Below, in pieces: positions 1 through 8,103 of a stretch of DNA of 64,000 nucleotides. The stretch lies in assembly GCA_964443495.1 (NCBI GenBank), contig CAYUCS010000001.1:616468-680467 (forward strand), written 5' to 3'. Numbering within the stretch: the stretch's first letter is position 1; each line of letters starts with the position of its first letter. The notes below the pieces were generated by a model, which was not told the origin of the DNA, searched no databases, and saw nothing but the letters and a program-made list of their open reading frames with translations. The DNA comes from an uncultured Gammaproteobacteria bacterium (GTDB lineage: Bacteria; Patescibacteriota; Patescibacteriia; Patescibacteriales; GWE2-39-37). A program made the translations under genes and the position numbers.

Positions 1-1138
1 CTATGCGGTTCTTCCTTGCCAGAAGACGCGACTCCTTGAACAGATAGGCCGTTGAAGTCGCCGTAACGCTCATGTCCGGCTTGAGGTTGTTCAGGTCGTT
101 AAACGAGAACTGCTTGATGAAACCGACAAAGCCGTTGACCACCTTAGGCTTGTTCATGACATCTTTCTTGGCAATATAAACCATGCGCATCTTGAATTTG
201 AAACCCATCTTGCTGATCTTTTCCTGGATGCCCTCGACCGCCTTCTTCTGAGCGGGTTTCAGGTCCATCATCTTGAGCGCGTCGTCTTTCTTAACTTCGC
301 CAGCGCCCGGTTTTAAGGTGGTGCCGGCTCCGGCATCAACCCAGCCCAAAGCCTCATCGATGATCTTATTGACCGTTGAGGGCTTGGCCTTGGGCTTTTC
401 TTTCATGATCTTTGAAATCTCTTCTTCGCCCTTCTTGACCCACTCGAAATCGGTCGGCGTGACCAGGATCTGATACCAAAGCTGCTCACCCGCGTGCAGG
501 CTGGAACAGAGGTCCATCAGGGCCGCCATCGGATCGCGGAAGTGAGTCTCGGGCGGGCCGTACTGGTGCTCGAAATCCTTATAGGTTTTGATCGGGTAGG
601 TCCAGTGCTTGACTTGGACGAACTCAGCGCCCCAGACATCGTACTCATTATCAGGAAAGACGGACGGCATGCCGATCGTGTAGTCGTTAATTTCCGTGAT
701 TTCGGCATCTGGATATTGGGAGTAGAAAGCCGTCTCGACGAGTTGGCGGAAACCTTCCGGCGTACGCACGACAAACTGAGTATAGCCCTCGATGCTGACT
801 ATCTCGAAGCTGAAACCGAGCTGGTACTTGCCCTCCCAATAAGTGTCTATGAGGTTCAGTGTCCCATGAGCTCCGGCCAGATAAGTAAAGAGGTTTTCAA
901 CTGCCTTGGGTGACTGCTCGTTGCCCCGCGGCACATCGATCGCCAGATAAATGAACTTCTGCTTGGCCGCGAATTGGTTTTGGCGATAATCGACCCAGAC
1001 CTGCAAGATACCCCAAAGGAAGGTCAGGGCGATCGGAATCCAGCCAAAAAGAATCATCATGCGCAAAAGCATCTCGTCTGGCGGCAGGGCCAGAAAATCA
1101 TAAATCGGCTGCAGATTCAATACTATTTCTCCTTCCAT
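1..1138 (-). CDS. hypothetical membrane protein, C-terminus cut by window edge (first 379 codons present)
   Basis: Absent from the ORF track because it has no stop in the window. ATG at 1138-1136, MEGEIVLNLQPIYDFLALPPDEMLLRMMILFGWIPIALTFLWGILQVW... with one hydrophobic helix, and the frame stays open to base 1. Track ORFs 273-473, 494-913 and 517-774 lie inside it in other frames. Confidence 0.7.
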   Translation of the reverse strand, partial: MEGEIVLNLQPIYDFLALPPDEMLLRMMILFGWIPIALTFLWGILQVWVDYRQNQFAAKQKFIYLAIDVPRGNEQSPKAVENLFTYLAGAHGTLNLIDTYWEGKYQLGFSFEIVSIEGYTQFVVRTPEGFRQLVETAFYSQYPDAEITEINDYTIGMPSVFPDNEYDVWGAEFVQVKHWTYPIKTYKDFEHQYGPPETHFRDPMAALMDLCSSLHAGEQLWYQILVTPTDFEWVKKGEEEISKIMKEKPKAKPSTVNKIIDEALGWVDAGAGTTLKPGAGEVKKDDALKMMDLKPAQKKAVEGIQEKISKMGFKFKMRMVYIAKKDVMNKPKVVNGFVGFIKQFSFNDLNNLKPDMSVTATSTAYLFKESRLLARKNRI

Positions 1139-1192
1139 AATCTTTTTCGCTTTGTTTTTATTTTACCACGATTCCTCGATTGAGGCCAAATG

Positions 1193-1220
1193 AAAAGAGC
1201 GCCTTTTATGGCGCTCTTTT
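1193..1220 (-). terminator. rho-independent terminator after the sigma-region-4 gene
   Basis: AAAAGAGCGCC-TTTTAT-GGCGCTCTTTT hairpin. On the minus strand it is followed by TTTTCATTT. Confidence 0.7.
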
Positions 1221-1231
1221 CAGAAAGTATC

Positions 1232-2473
1232 TTATGCTTGTTTCAGAATATATCGGTTATCCACTTTGTCAAAAATACTCTTGTCCATCAGCGCCAGGAT
1301 GATGGTCGCTTTCTTGACTAATCGCTGGGCCAGGACCTTCTCGATGATCTCATCACGGGTCAGTCCCTCGGGGTTCTGGACCAGGATTTCCTTGATCACA
1401 TCCAGGACCGTGCCCTGCTTATAACCCCACTCCTTCAAGGAATAAAGTCCGCGGCCGACCAGGACATATTTGTCATCAAGGATCAGCTCGTTGTGGACAG
1501 TGGCGGCATTGGCCGGCTTGTCATCGAAATTGATCTGATTGATCCTGGTGGTGATATCGACGAAATGGAGAGGTTTGCCCTCGTTCTTCAATATGAGATA
1601 GATCTTATCATTGATGGTTTTAGGCTTGATTTCGCGCCAATCGGCGATGCCCCACTGCCCGAATTTGTTCTGCTCAACCTGCTTAGAAGCCTGGAGCAAA
1701 GAATAAAGGGCTTTGTTGGCATTGACTACCTCGGCGTTTTCCTGGAATAGATCGCCGCCGAGGACGTTGGAAATATCCAAGTTATAGATCAAGTTGAACT
1801 TATCCTGGTACTTCTGGAAGGACTCGAGGTCCTTGATGGTGCCGATCAGCTCGTCGGTCGCGAAGAGACGCTTAGCATCCTTGATTTTAAGCACTAAATC
1901 CTGGGCCAATTCCTCTAAATGATCCAAGGTTTGGTGTTTAAGCTTGAAAGCTTCCTTAAACTGCTTCGAACTTTTAACCTCTTCGAAGTGGTCATGAAGC
2001 AAGCGGGAAATCAGGAAATCGAGATGGTTCTTGTGGAGTCCAGCCTCTTCAGGCTTGTTGCGGAAGCCGCCGGCGGAAAAATTAACAAGATTGTTCAAGA
2101 GATATTCCTTCTCCATCAGGCCGCCGTGCTCTTCTAAGAGCTGGTTGATGGTGCGGCGCAGGCTGACGATATACTCCTCAAGATTCTTGAGGGCGCGCAA
2201 TTTCTTGACGCTCGAGGTCTCGATCTGGCGGATACGCTCACGAGTGAGCTTGTGGACTGCGCCGATGTTCTCCAAAGTTTCCTTTTCACTGCCATGGAGA
2301 CCGAAACGGCGAGACAGCACGTCGCGTTCGCGATCGTTCAGCTGCGAAAGCAGGTTCTCAGTGATCTCGATAGCATCCAACCGCGCGACCTGTTCGGCCT
2401 GGTTGTTGGTGAGAATCTGGTCGAGAATAGATTTTCCGTCGAGAGATGCGCTCTGGTTGGGATTAATTTCCAT
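1232..2473 (-). CDS. sigma-70 region-4 domain protein with C-terminal HARE-HTH/winged-helix-like modules (not a canonical sigma factor)
   Basis: RERDVLSRRFGLHGSEKETLENIGAVHKLTRERIRQIETSSVKKLRAL matches the sigma-70 region 4 HTH. I could not recognise a region 2. C-terminal segments KIYLILKNEGKPLHFVDITTRI and VLDVIKEILVQNPEGLTRDEIIEKV look like HARE-HTH. Confidence 0.75.
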   Translation of the reverse strand: MEINPNQSASLDGKSILDQILTNNQAEQVARLDAIEITENLLSQLNDRERDVLSRRFGLHGSEKETLENIGAVHKLTRERIRQIETSSVKKLRALKNLEEYIVSLRRTINQLLEEHGGLMEKEYLLNNLVNFSAGGFRNKPEEAGLHKNHLDFLISRLLHDHFEEVKSSKQFKEAFKLKHQTLDHLEELAQDLVLKIKDAKRLFATDELIGTIKDLESFQKYQDKFNLIYNLDISNVLGGDLFQENAEVVNANKALYSLLQASKQVEQNKFGQWGIADWREIKPKTINDKIYLILKNEGKPLHFVDITTRINQINFDDKPANAATVHNELILDDKYVLVGRGLYSLKEWGYKQGTVLDVIKEILVQNPEGLTRDEIIEKVLAQRLVKKATIILALMDKSIFDKVDNRYILKQA

Positions 2474-2582
2474 ATTAGCGTAGAAAAATCGGACAAGCTC
2501 AATCTTTCTTTTTGTAATTATTTAGACAAAAAAGAAAACCAAAACATTTGACTAAATCGTCAGTTATTATTTTAGTTTTCAT

Positions 2583-2611
2583 AATATAGCACAATATTTA
2601 ACATTAGTCAA
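2583..2611 (-). promoter_or_regulatory. sigma-70-type promoter for the 1232-2473 gene
   Basis: Minus strand reads TTGACT-N17-TATATT with TGc extended -10. Confidence 0.6.
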
Positions 2612-2615
2612 TAGT

Positions 2616-2647
2616 AAAAACAGCCCCAATCGATAGGGCTGTTTTTT
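2616..2647 (-). terminator. rho-independent terminator after murB
   Basis: CAGCCC...GGGCTG stem flanked by an A-run and a T-run. On the minus strand the hairpin is followed by TTTTTAC. Confidence 0.7.
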
Positions 2648-2666
2648 ACTAATATTTAACGTTTTT

Positions 2667-3608
2667 TTAATTCAAGTAGGTGATTTCTTCTTTTAGTTGC
2701 ACTCCGAATTCGACGCGCACCTTCTGTTTGATCAAGCTCATCAGCATCATCACATCGTCCGAAGTTGCCTTAAATCCCTCGTTCACAATGTAGTTGGCAT
2801 GATCCTCACTGACCCGGGCGCCGCCGACCCAGTGGCCTTTGAAATGCAGGCGCTCGATCAGCCAAGCCGCGCTGAGCTTGCCGTTGCGTATCGCGCCCTC
2901 AGACTCGGCCATTTCCCTGGCCTCGCGGTCCATACCGGCCAATTCGGCCAAGGGCACGTTCTTGAATACGCAGCCGGCGCTAGGATATTTGGGCTGGCTT
3001 GCCATCCTCTTCGCGATATTTTCCTGAATTTTAGCATTAATCTCTTCTGACTTGCCCTCTTTTAACTTCAAGCGGGCCTCAAGGACGACTATCGGCTCCA
3101 AACGGCACTTGCTGAAGCGGTAAGCGAAACCGAAATCAGCCGGCGACCAGGTATCAATTTTGTCTTCGTTGACTAGATATACCGTCGCCGACTCCAAGAT
3201 ATCCGAGGTCGAGCTGCCATAAGCGCCCGCATTGCCTGCCACAGCCCCTCCGATGGTTCCAGGAATGCCCACTGCCCACTCCAGACCGGTCAGATTGTGG
3301 CGCCTTGCCGATAGGCAGGCCCGCGCGAAAGCCAAGCCCGAACCGCAGGCCATAACGCTCTTTTCCCGGAAAAGAAGCTGATAATTGTTCTTGATGACCA
3401 GGCCGTCGAAGCCGTGATCGCTTACCAAGACGTTGCTGCCGCCTCCCAAAACGAAGAATTTTTCATTATTAGCCTTGGCCCAACGGATTGCCGCCACGAT
3501 TTCCTCGGACGAATCGGCCTGCACAAATAGCTTGGCCTGGCCGCCGATGCGAAAAGTAGTAAATGATGACAAGGCGATATTTCTTTCGATTTTTTCCTCG
3601 ATATTCAT
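2667..3608 (-). CDS. murB: UDP-N-acetylenolpyruvoylglucosamine reductase
   Basis: 313 aa. FTTFRIGGQAKLF...VLGGGSNVLV and the C-terminal MurB pattern. Confidence 0.92.
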   Translation of the reverse strand: MNIEEKIERNIALSSFTTFRIGGQAKLFVQADSSEEIVAAIRWAKANNEKFFVLGGGSNVLVSDHGFDGLVIKNNYQLLFREKSVMACGSGLAFARACLSARRHNLTGLEWAVGIPGTIGGAVAGNAGAYGSSTSDILESATVYLVNEDKIDTWSPADFGFAYRFSKCRLEPIVVLEARLKLKEGKSEEINAKIQENIAKRMASQPKYPSAGCVFKNVPLAELAGMDREAREMAESEGAIRNGKLSAAWLIERLHFKGHWVGGARVSEDHANYIVNEGFKATSDDVMMLMSLIKQKVRVEFGVQLKEEITYLN

Positions 3609-3683
3609 TTTGTGGCGATTATTAGGTAATAATAGATTAATTTTAGCTCAATTTTAAAAATAAATAAAGAAAGCGCGCAAGTC

Positions 3684-3712
3684 TTGACTTATAGCTTAAA
3701 ATATGCTAAGTT
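3684..3712 (+). promoter_or_regulatory. possible promoter of the crp-like gene
   Basis: TTGACT-N17-TAAGTT. The -10 is weak. It would give a leader of about 120 nt. Confidence 0.3.
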
Positions 3713-3774
3713 TGGATGTTTCATCGAACCTTGAAACACCTAGAAACAATTCACCCCGGAACGGTAACGAGGGC

Positions 3775-3805
3775 GGCCTCCTTTTGTATTTGTTAAGAGG
3801 AGGCC
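3775..3805 (+). other. stem-loop in the crp-like leader
   Basis: GGCCTCCT (3775-3782) pairs with AGGAGGCC (3798-3805) around a 15-nt loop. No T-run follows. Confidence 0.35.
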
Positions 3806-3838
3806 CTGGCTTCCTCACAACAGCAAAGGAGAGACATC

Positions 3839-4480
3839 ATGTCTAAGATCACTACTGCCCTGAAGCAAGTTCCTCTTTTCGAAGGATTAACCGAAGAACG
3901 ACTGGAAGACATCGGCCGCTTTTTCACCCTCGTAAAACACGAGAAGAAGGCGGTGCTCCACATGGAAGGAGAAAACCCGGACTGTCTCAACTTCCTTATC
4001 GCAGGGACCGTCAAGGCGATTACCCATCTGTCGGACGACGGAGAGAAGAAGATGATCAATGTCATCTACCAACCCGGCAATTTCTTTGCCGAATCCAGCT
4101 TGGACAAGCTGCCGCTGCCCTTCACCCTCATCGCCAGGGAGCATGTCGTCATGCTGAGAATCAGCACCGATAATTTCAGGCACATCCTTGAATCCGACCT
4201 CGGGCTTTTCTGGAAGTTCCTGCAACAGCAGGCCATGGAAAAGCTGGAGCTCAACCGCAGGCTGACTATCCTCAGCCAAGCCGATGCCAAGGAACGCATC
4301 AAACAGTTCTTGGGCTTCGTTTATCAGCAGCATCCACTCAAGCTGCCGCTCAACCTGTCGCACGAGGAAATCGGCGAAGCCTGCAGCATCGCGCGCGAAA
4401 CGGTAACAAGAGTACTCGGTCTTTTAAAAAAAGCCGGCCAGATCAAATTCGACGGCCGGAGAATCATCCCATGTTTCTAG
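3839..4480 (+). CDS. Crp/Fnr family transcriptional regulator
   Basis: 213 aa. N-terminal cNMP-binding-like fold (LFEGLTEERLEDIGRFF...) and C-terminal HTH LSHEEIGEACSIARETVTRVLGLLKKAGQI. AAAGGAGAG Shine-Dalgarno precedes the ATG. Confidence 0.85.
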   Translation: MSKITTALKQVPLFEGLTEERLEDIGRFFTLVKHEKKAVLHMEGENPDCLNFLIAGTVKAITHLSDDGEKKMINVIYQPGNFFAESSLDKLPLPFTLIAREHVVMLRISTDNFRHILESDLGLFWKFLQQQAMEKLELNRRLTILSQADAKERIKQFLGFVYQQHPLKLPLNLSHEEIGEACSIARETVTRVLGLLKKAGQIKFDGRRIIPCF

Positions 4481-4493
4481 GAACAACCTTGAG

Positions 4494-4522
4494 GAGGGCG
4501 AAGCGATCGCCCTCTTTTTTTT
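4494..4522 (+). terminator. rho-independent terminator after the crp-like gene
   Basis: GAGGGCGA-AGCGA-TCGCCCTC followed by T8. Confidence 0.8.
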
Positions 4523-4570
4523 ATGGTCAAGCAACATGGATTCCGGACCACGCAAAATGATTCTGCCCTT

Positions 4571-6016
4571 TTATTGCTTAACCAAGTTTTCGCCGACGCG
4601 AAAAACATCGCCGGCGCCCATCAAGAGAACGACATCGCCCTTCCTGACAACGCTTCTGAGGTATTTTTCCGCGTCTTCAAGCATGGGCTGATGCGATACC
4701 TTGGCCGGCGCATCTTCGCGCTCCTCGATCAAAGCGATCAGGTCCTGCGACGAGACGCCTCCTTGCTGCTCGCGGGCGCTGCCATAAATGTCGAGGATGA
4801 CCAGGTCGTCGACGCCCGGGAAAGCAGCGGCAAAATCAGCCAAAAGGCCTTTGGTGCGAGTGAAGGTGTGGGGATGGAATACCGTGACGAGACGTTCGCC
4901 CGGGTGCCGTTGGCGGATGGCTTGGATGGTGGCGCGAATCTCGGTCGGGTGATGGGCATAATCATCATAAATCGGCACTCCTCGGAATTCGCCCATCTTT
5001 TCCAAGCGGCGGCTAGTACCCGTAAACTCTCCCAGATAGCGGCGGATGTCGAGAAGCGGCACTTCAAGCTCGATGGCGGCTGCAATGACAGCCAAAGCAT
5101 TGCTGACATTGTGCTTGCCCAGCAAAGAAATCGAGAAATCACCCAGGTCGGAAGCGGCCTGGCGATGGTCTTGCTCCATTTTGATATCGGCAAAGGTGGG
5201 TTCGTCGTCGCTGTCGGCCATCCGGACTTTGAAATACTGGCGACCGTTCGCCACGCGCAAGTCAGAGGCCTGGTAATCCGCCTCAGCCTCGATCGCATAA
5301 CTGATGACGCGGCCATGGCAATTGACGGCGGCAAACTTGCTGATGGCCGGATCGTCGTAATTCGCCACCAGAAAGCCTTTTTTCGGTATCTTCTTGATAA
5401 AATCGATAAATGCCTGCTCGTACGACTCGACCGTAGCGAAATAATCCGGGTGGTCGTAATCGATATTGTTCAAAAGCACGCCCCGTGGCTGGAAATATTG
5501 CAGCTTGTTCTGGTACTCATCCGCCTCGATCACCATCAGATCCGAGCGGCTGACCAGGCTGGCGCCGCCGAATTGCGGGACGTTGGCCCCGACCAGGACG
5601 TTCGGGCTTTGCCCCGACTGTTCCAAGACGTAGCCCAGCCAAGCCGTAGTCGTAGTCTTGCCGTGCGAACCGACGACGGCCACGCCGTATTTGGAATTAA
5701 AAATCTCGCCCAGCGCGACTGCATAAGGCACTGTCCTGGTCTTGCTGATGACGGCTTTGGCCACTTCAGGATTGGTCTTGCTATTGTAAGCAGTGGAATA
5801 GATGATGAGATCGGCATCGGCAGGCACGTTCGACTCGCTGAAGCCCTCAAAAAGTCCGATATCCAGCCGTTTCAATATGGCGTCAGTCATGAAAGTTTCG
5901 GCGACATCGCTGCCTGTTACCTTTATTCCCTGCTCAGCCAGGAACTGGGCAAGCATAGTCATGCCCACTCCCTTGATGCCGATCAGATAGGCTTTTTTTA
6001 TTCGTGATAAATCCAT
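4571..6016 (-). CDS. murC: UDP-N-acetylmuramate--L-alanine ligase
   Basis: 481 aa. GIKGVGMTMLAQFL and the VVGSHGKTTTTAWLG P-loop. Confidence 0.92.
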   Translation of the reverse strand: MDLSRIKKAYLIGIKGVGMTMLAQFLAEQGIKVTGSDVAETFMTDAILKRLDIGLFEGFSESNVPADADLIIYSTAYNSKTNPEVAKAVISKTRTVPYAVALGEIFNSKYGVAVVGSHGKTTTTAWLGYVLEQSGQSPNVLVGANVPQFGGASLVSRSDLMVIEADEYQNKLQYFQPRGVLLNNIDYDHPDYFATVESYEQAFIDFIKKIPKKGFLVANYDDPAISKFAAVNCHGRVISYAIEAEADYQASDLRVANGRQYFKVRMADSDDEPTFADIKMEQDHRQAASDLGDFSISLLGKHNVSNALAVIAAAIELEVPLLDIRRYLGEFTGTSRRLEKMGEFRGVPIYDDYAHHPTEIRATIQAIRQRHPGERLVTVFHPHTFTRTKGLLADFAAAFPGVDDLVILDIYGSAREQQGGVSSQDLIALIEEREDAPAKVSHQPMLEDAEKYLRSVVRKGDVVLLMGAGDVFRVGENLVKQ

Positions 6017-6017
6017 A

Positions 6018-6635
6018 TTAATGGTTGTGTTGCTTGATATTGAAGATGTGACTGTCGTCTGGCGCGGAGTCTTCAGCCAGCAGTAATAATTCCGAATTGC
6101 CGAAGTGGAACATCCTCAGCACTTCCCGCCAATCAAGACCATAATAGGCGGCATAGACCATCTTGCCAAAATCCCCGTGCGTTACCAAGAGCACGCTTTT
6201 GCCCGCCCATTCGCGCCTGACATGCTCCAGCGCTTTTTTTGCCCGCTCGATCAGCTGCGGAAAAGTTTCCGCTCCCTTCGGCGAAAGAAAGTAGGTGATC
6301 GTGTCGGTCTTCATAATGTCTGGTGCGCACGTTTTCTCAATATCCTTAGTCGGCTTGCCGGTCATGATTCCGAAGTCGCGCTCGATTATAAGGTCCAACT
6401 TCTCTGGATTTTCCATTCCCAAGGCGTCGGTGATTGTTTTTGCAGTCTTGTACGCCCTTTGCAAAGGCGAGCTATACACTTTATCAAAAGAGATGCCGGA
6501 GTCCTTAATCTTTTGCGAAACTTGTTCGGCCTGGTCGATGCCGATTTCAGTGAGCGGCATATCGCGATGGCCGTTCAAGATTCCACTGGCATTGTCCTGG
6601 TCTTGGCCGTGCCTGGCAAGATAAATTTTGGTCAT
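6018..6635 (-). CDS. histidine phosphatase family protein (phosphoglycerate-mutase-like)
   Basis: 205 aa. N-terminal IYLARHGQ (RHG motif) and later VTHGD. Confidence 0.8.
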   Translation of the reverse strand: MTKIYLARHGQDQDNASGILNGHRDMPLTEIGIDQAEQVSQKIKDSGISFDKVYSSPLQRAYKTAKTITDALGMENPEKLDLIIERDFGIMTGKPTKDIEKTCAPDIMKTDTITYFLSPKGAETFPQLIERAKKALEHVRREWAGKSVLLVTHGDFGKMVYAAYYGLDWREVLRMFHFGNSELLLLAEDSAPDDSHIFNIKQHNH

Positions 6636-6659
6636 ATTTCCTTAATTGAAATCTGCGTG

Positions 6660-6986
6660 TTATTCGCCCCTCTCCAACTGGAGCATTATCCTGTTAACAA
6701 AGACGCGAGCGTCATTCGCTTCAGCTTCATCTTTTACCGGATCATAGTCTTCGAATACCGCTTGGACGCGTCGCAACGCCTCTAGCTGCTTATCAATATC
6801 GCCTTCGGCCGCCTTGAATGCTTCAAAACCAGCTCTCGCCTCGGCCGGAAGCGGTTCCTCGTTTTGTTCAAGCTTATCAAGATTAGCTCCGAGAGATTCG
6901 GTATCCTCAGCAATGTTCCAGGGGTATTTGGCTAACTCCTCATTGGATTGTAATTTTTCAAAACCCATAAATTTGTTGTCCGGCAA
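6660..6986 (-). CDS. hypothetical acidic protein
   Basis: 108-aa ORF packed between murG and the phosphatase gene on the same strand. No recognisable motif. Confidence 0.55.
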   Translation of the reverse strand: MPDNKFMGFEKLQSNEELAKYPWNIAEDTESLGANLDKLEQNEEPLPAEARAGFEAFKAAEGDIDKQLEALRRVQAVFEDYDPVKDEAEANDARVFVNRIMLQLERGE

Positions 6987-7028
6987 TTCACCGTATAAAT
7001 TAACTTAAAATTTTGGTTCACACAACCG

Positions 7029-8099
7029 TCATCGCAAAGCTAACGATTTCACCGCTTTGGCAAAAAGCTGATTGGCGTCGCGCTTGGCCAGCTTGCCGAT
7101 ATTGCCGCTGAGCTCGCGGAGCAGCCCTTCGTCCGTTATCGACTCCTTGATTATGGTGGCTAATAATTCCGGCGTCAACTGGCGCTGATCCAGGACGGCG
7201 CCCGCATGGGCGGTGCGGAAGAATTCGGCGTTGTCCTCCTGGTGGGTCTCCGGCATCGGCACGATCAAAGCCGGCTTGCCCAAATAAGCCAATTCGGAAA
7301 GGGTTCCAATACCGGCGCGCGTCAGGACCAAGTCGGCCGAAACGTAGGCTTCGGCCATTTCCTTCTCGTTCAAGAACGGCACGGCACGATAATGCTTCCT
7401 CGTCGCGGTCGTGGCCGTATTCTTGTTCGGTCCGGTCACATGCTGAACTTGGCAAAACTCAGCCAAAAGCGGGGCCGCTTCCTCGATCAAGACATTCAAA
7501 GCTTCGGCGCCCGTGCCGCCACCCAAGACCAAGAGCGAGGGCAAGCCTGTCTTCGGCTTCCGGGCATCCTTGCTCGCGGAAATGAAAGACTCCCTGAGCG
7601 GATTGCCGAACCATTGGGCTTTTTCCTTGAAATCCGCCAACGATTTCTCGAAGGTGACCGTGATGATGGTGGAAAAAGGCGACATCAAACGATTAGCCAA
7701 GCCAGGCCGCAAATCCTGCTGGTGGACGATAATCGGTATTTTCAACAAGCGGCCAGCCCAAACCACCGGCACGCTGATATAGCTCCCAGCCGTGATTATC
7801 AAGCCTGGCCGCCACTTGCGCATAAAAACGAAGGATTCGATCAGTCCGAACAGGATAAGCCAGGGGTCGATGAAGTTGCGCCAAGACCAGTAGCGGCGCA
7901 ATTTTCCGTTATGAATCGGGCGAAAATCGATATTAGCGCGACCAACCATCCTCTCCTCGATGCCGCCGCGGCCGCCGAGCCAGACGAACTCGTAGCTATC
8001 CGGCGTTTTTCTCAAGGTTTCGACGATTGCCAAAAGCGGACTGACCGAACCTCCGGTTCCGCCGCCTGTGAGCAATATCTTGCGAGTATCTTTATTCAT
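7029..8099 (-). CDS. murG: undecaprenyldiphospho-muramoylpentapeptide beta-N-acetylglucosaminyltransferase
   Basis: 356 aa. LLTGGGTGGSVSPLLAI N-terminal glycine loop, and dcw context. Confidence 0.92.
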   Translation of the reverse strand: MNKDTRKILLTGGGTGGSVSPLLAIVETLRKTPDSYEFVWLGGRGGIEERMVGRANIDFRPIHNGKLRRYWSWRNFIDPWLILFGLIESFVFMRKWRPGLIITAGSYISVPVVWAGRLLKIPIIVHQQDLRPGLANRLMSPFSTIITVTFEKSLADFKEKAQWFGNPLRESFISASKDARKPKTGLPSLLVLGGGTGAEALNVLIEEAAPLLAEFCQVQHVTGPNKNTATTATRKHYRAVPFLNEKEMAEAYVSADLVLTRAGIGTLSELAYLGKPALIVPMPETHQEDNAEFFRTAHAGAVLDQRQLTPELLATIIKESITDEGLLRELSGNIGKLAKRDANQLFAKAVKSLALR

Positions 8100-8103
8100 A
8101 TGA

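Noticed and set aside
3712-3730. Imperfect palindrome TTGGATG-TTT-CATCGAA near the predicted crp-like transcription start, considered as a Crp/Fnr autoregulatory box.
   Set aside because: Only GATG/CATC pair perfectly, and the spacing does not fit TGTGA-N6-TCACA or TTGAT-N4-ATCAA.
4523-6007. 494-aa plus-strand ORF, slightly longer than the murC gene it overlaps antisense. Similar long antisense ORFs occur at 7206-8129 (murG), 8302-8967 (ftsW), 9309-9974 (mraY), 11470-12156 and 12208-13008 (pilB/pilC), 26297-27100 (murA), 35574-36335, 47923-48750 and 62557-63489 (ackA).
   Set aside because: In every case the opposite-strand gene has unmistakable family motifs. The antisense translations are low-complexity and Arg/Asp/Gly/Leu-rich with no motifs. 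This is the usual shadow-ORF effect of codon bias that avoids TTA/CTA/TCA in the sense frame. It would only merit attention if ribosome profiling showed antisense translation.
7018-7455. 145-aa minus-strand ORF overlapping the 3-prime part of murG in another frame.
   Set aside because: It lies entirely within murG on the same strand, has Arg/Gly/Pro-rich nonsense composition, and has no independent start context.
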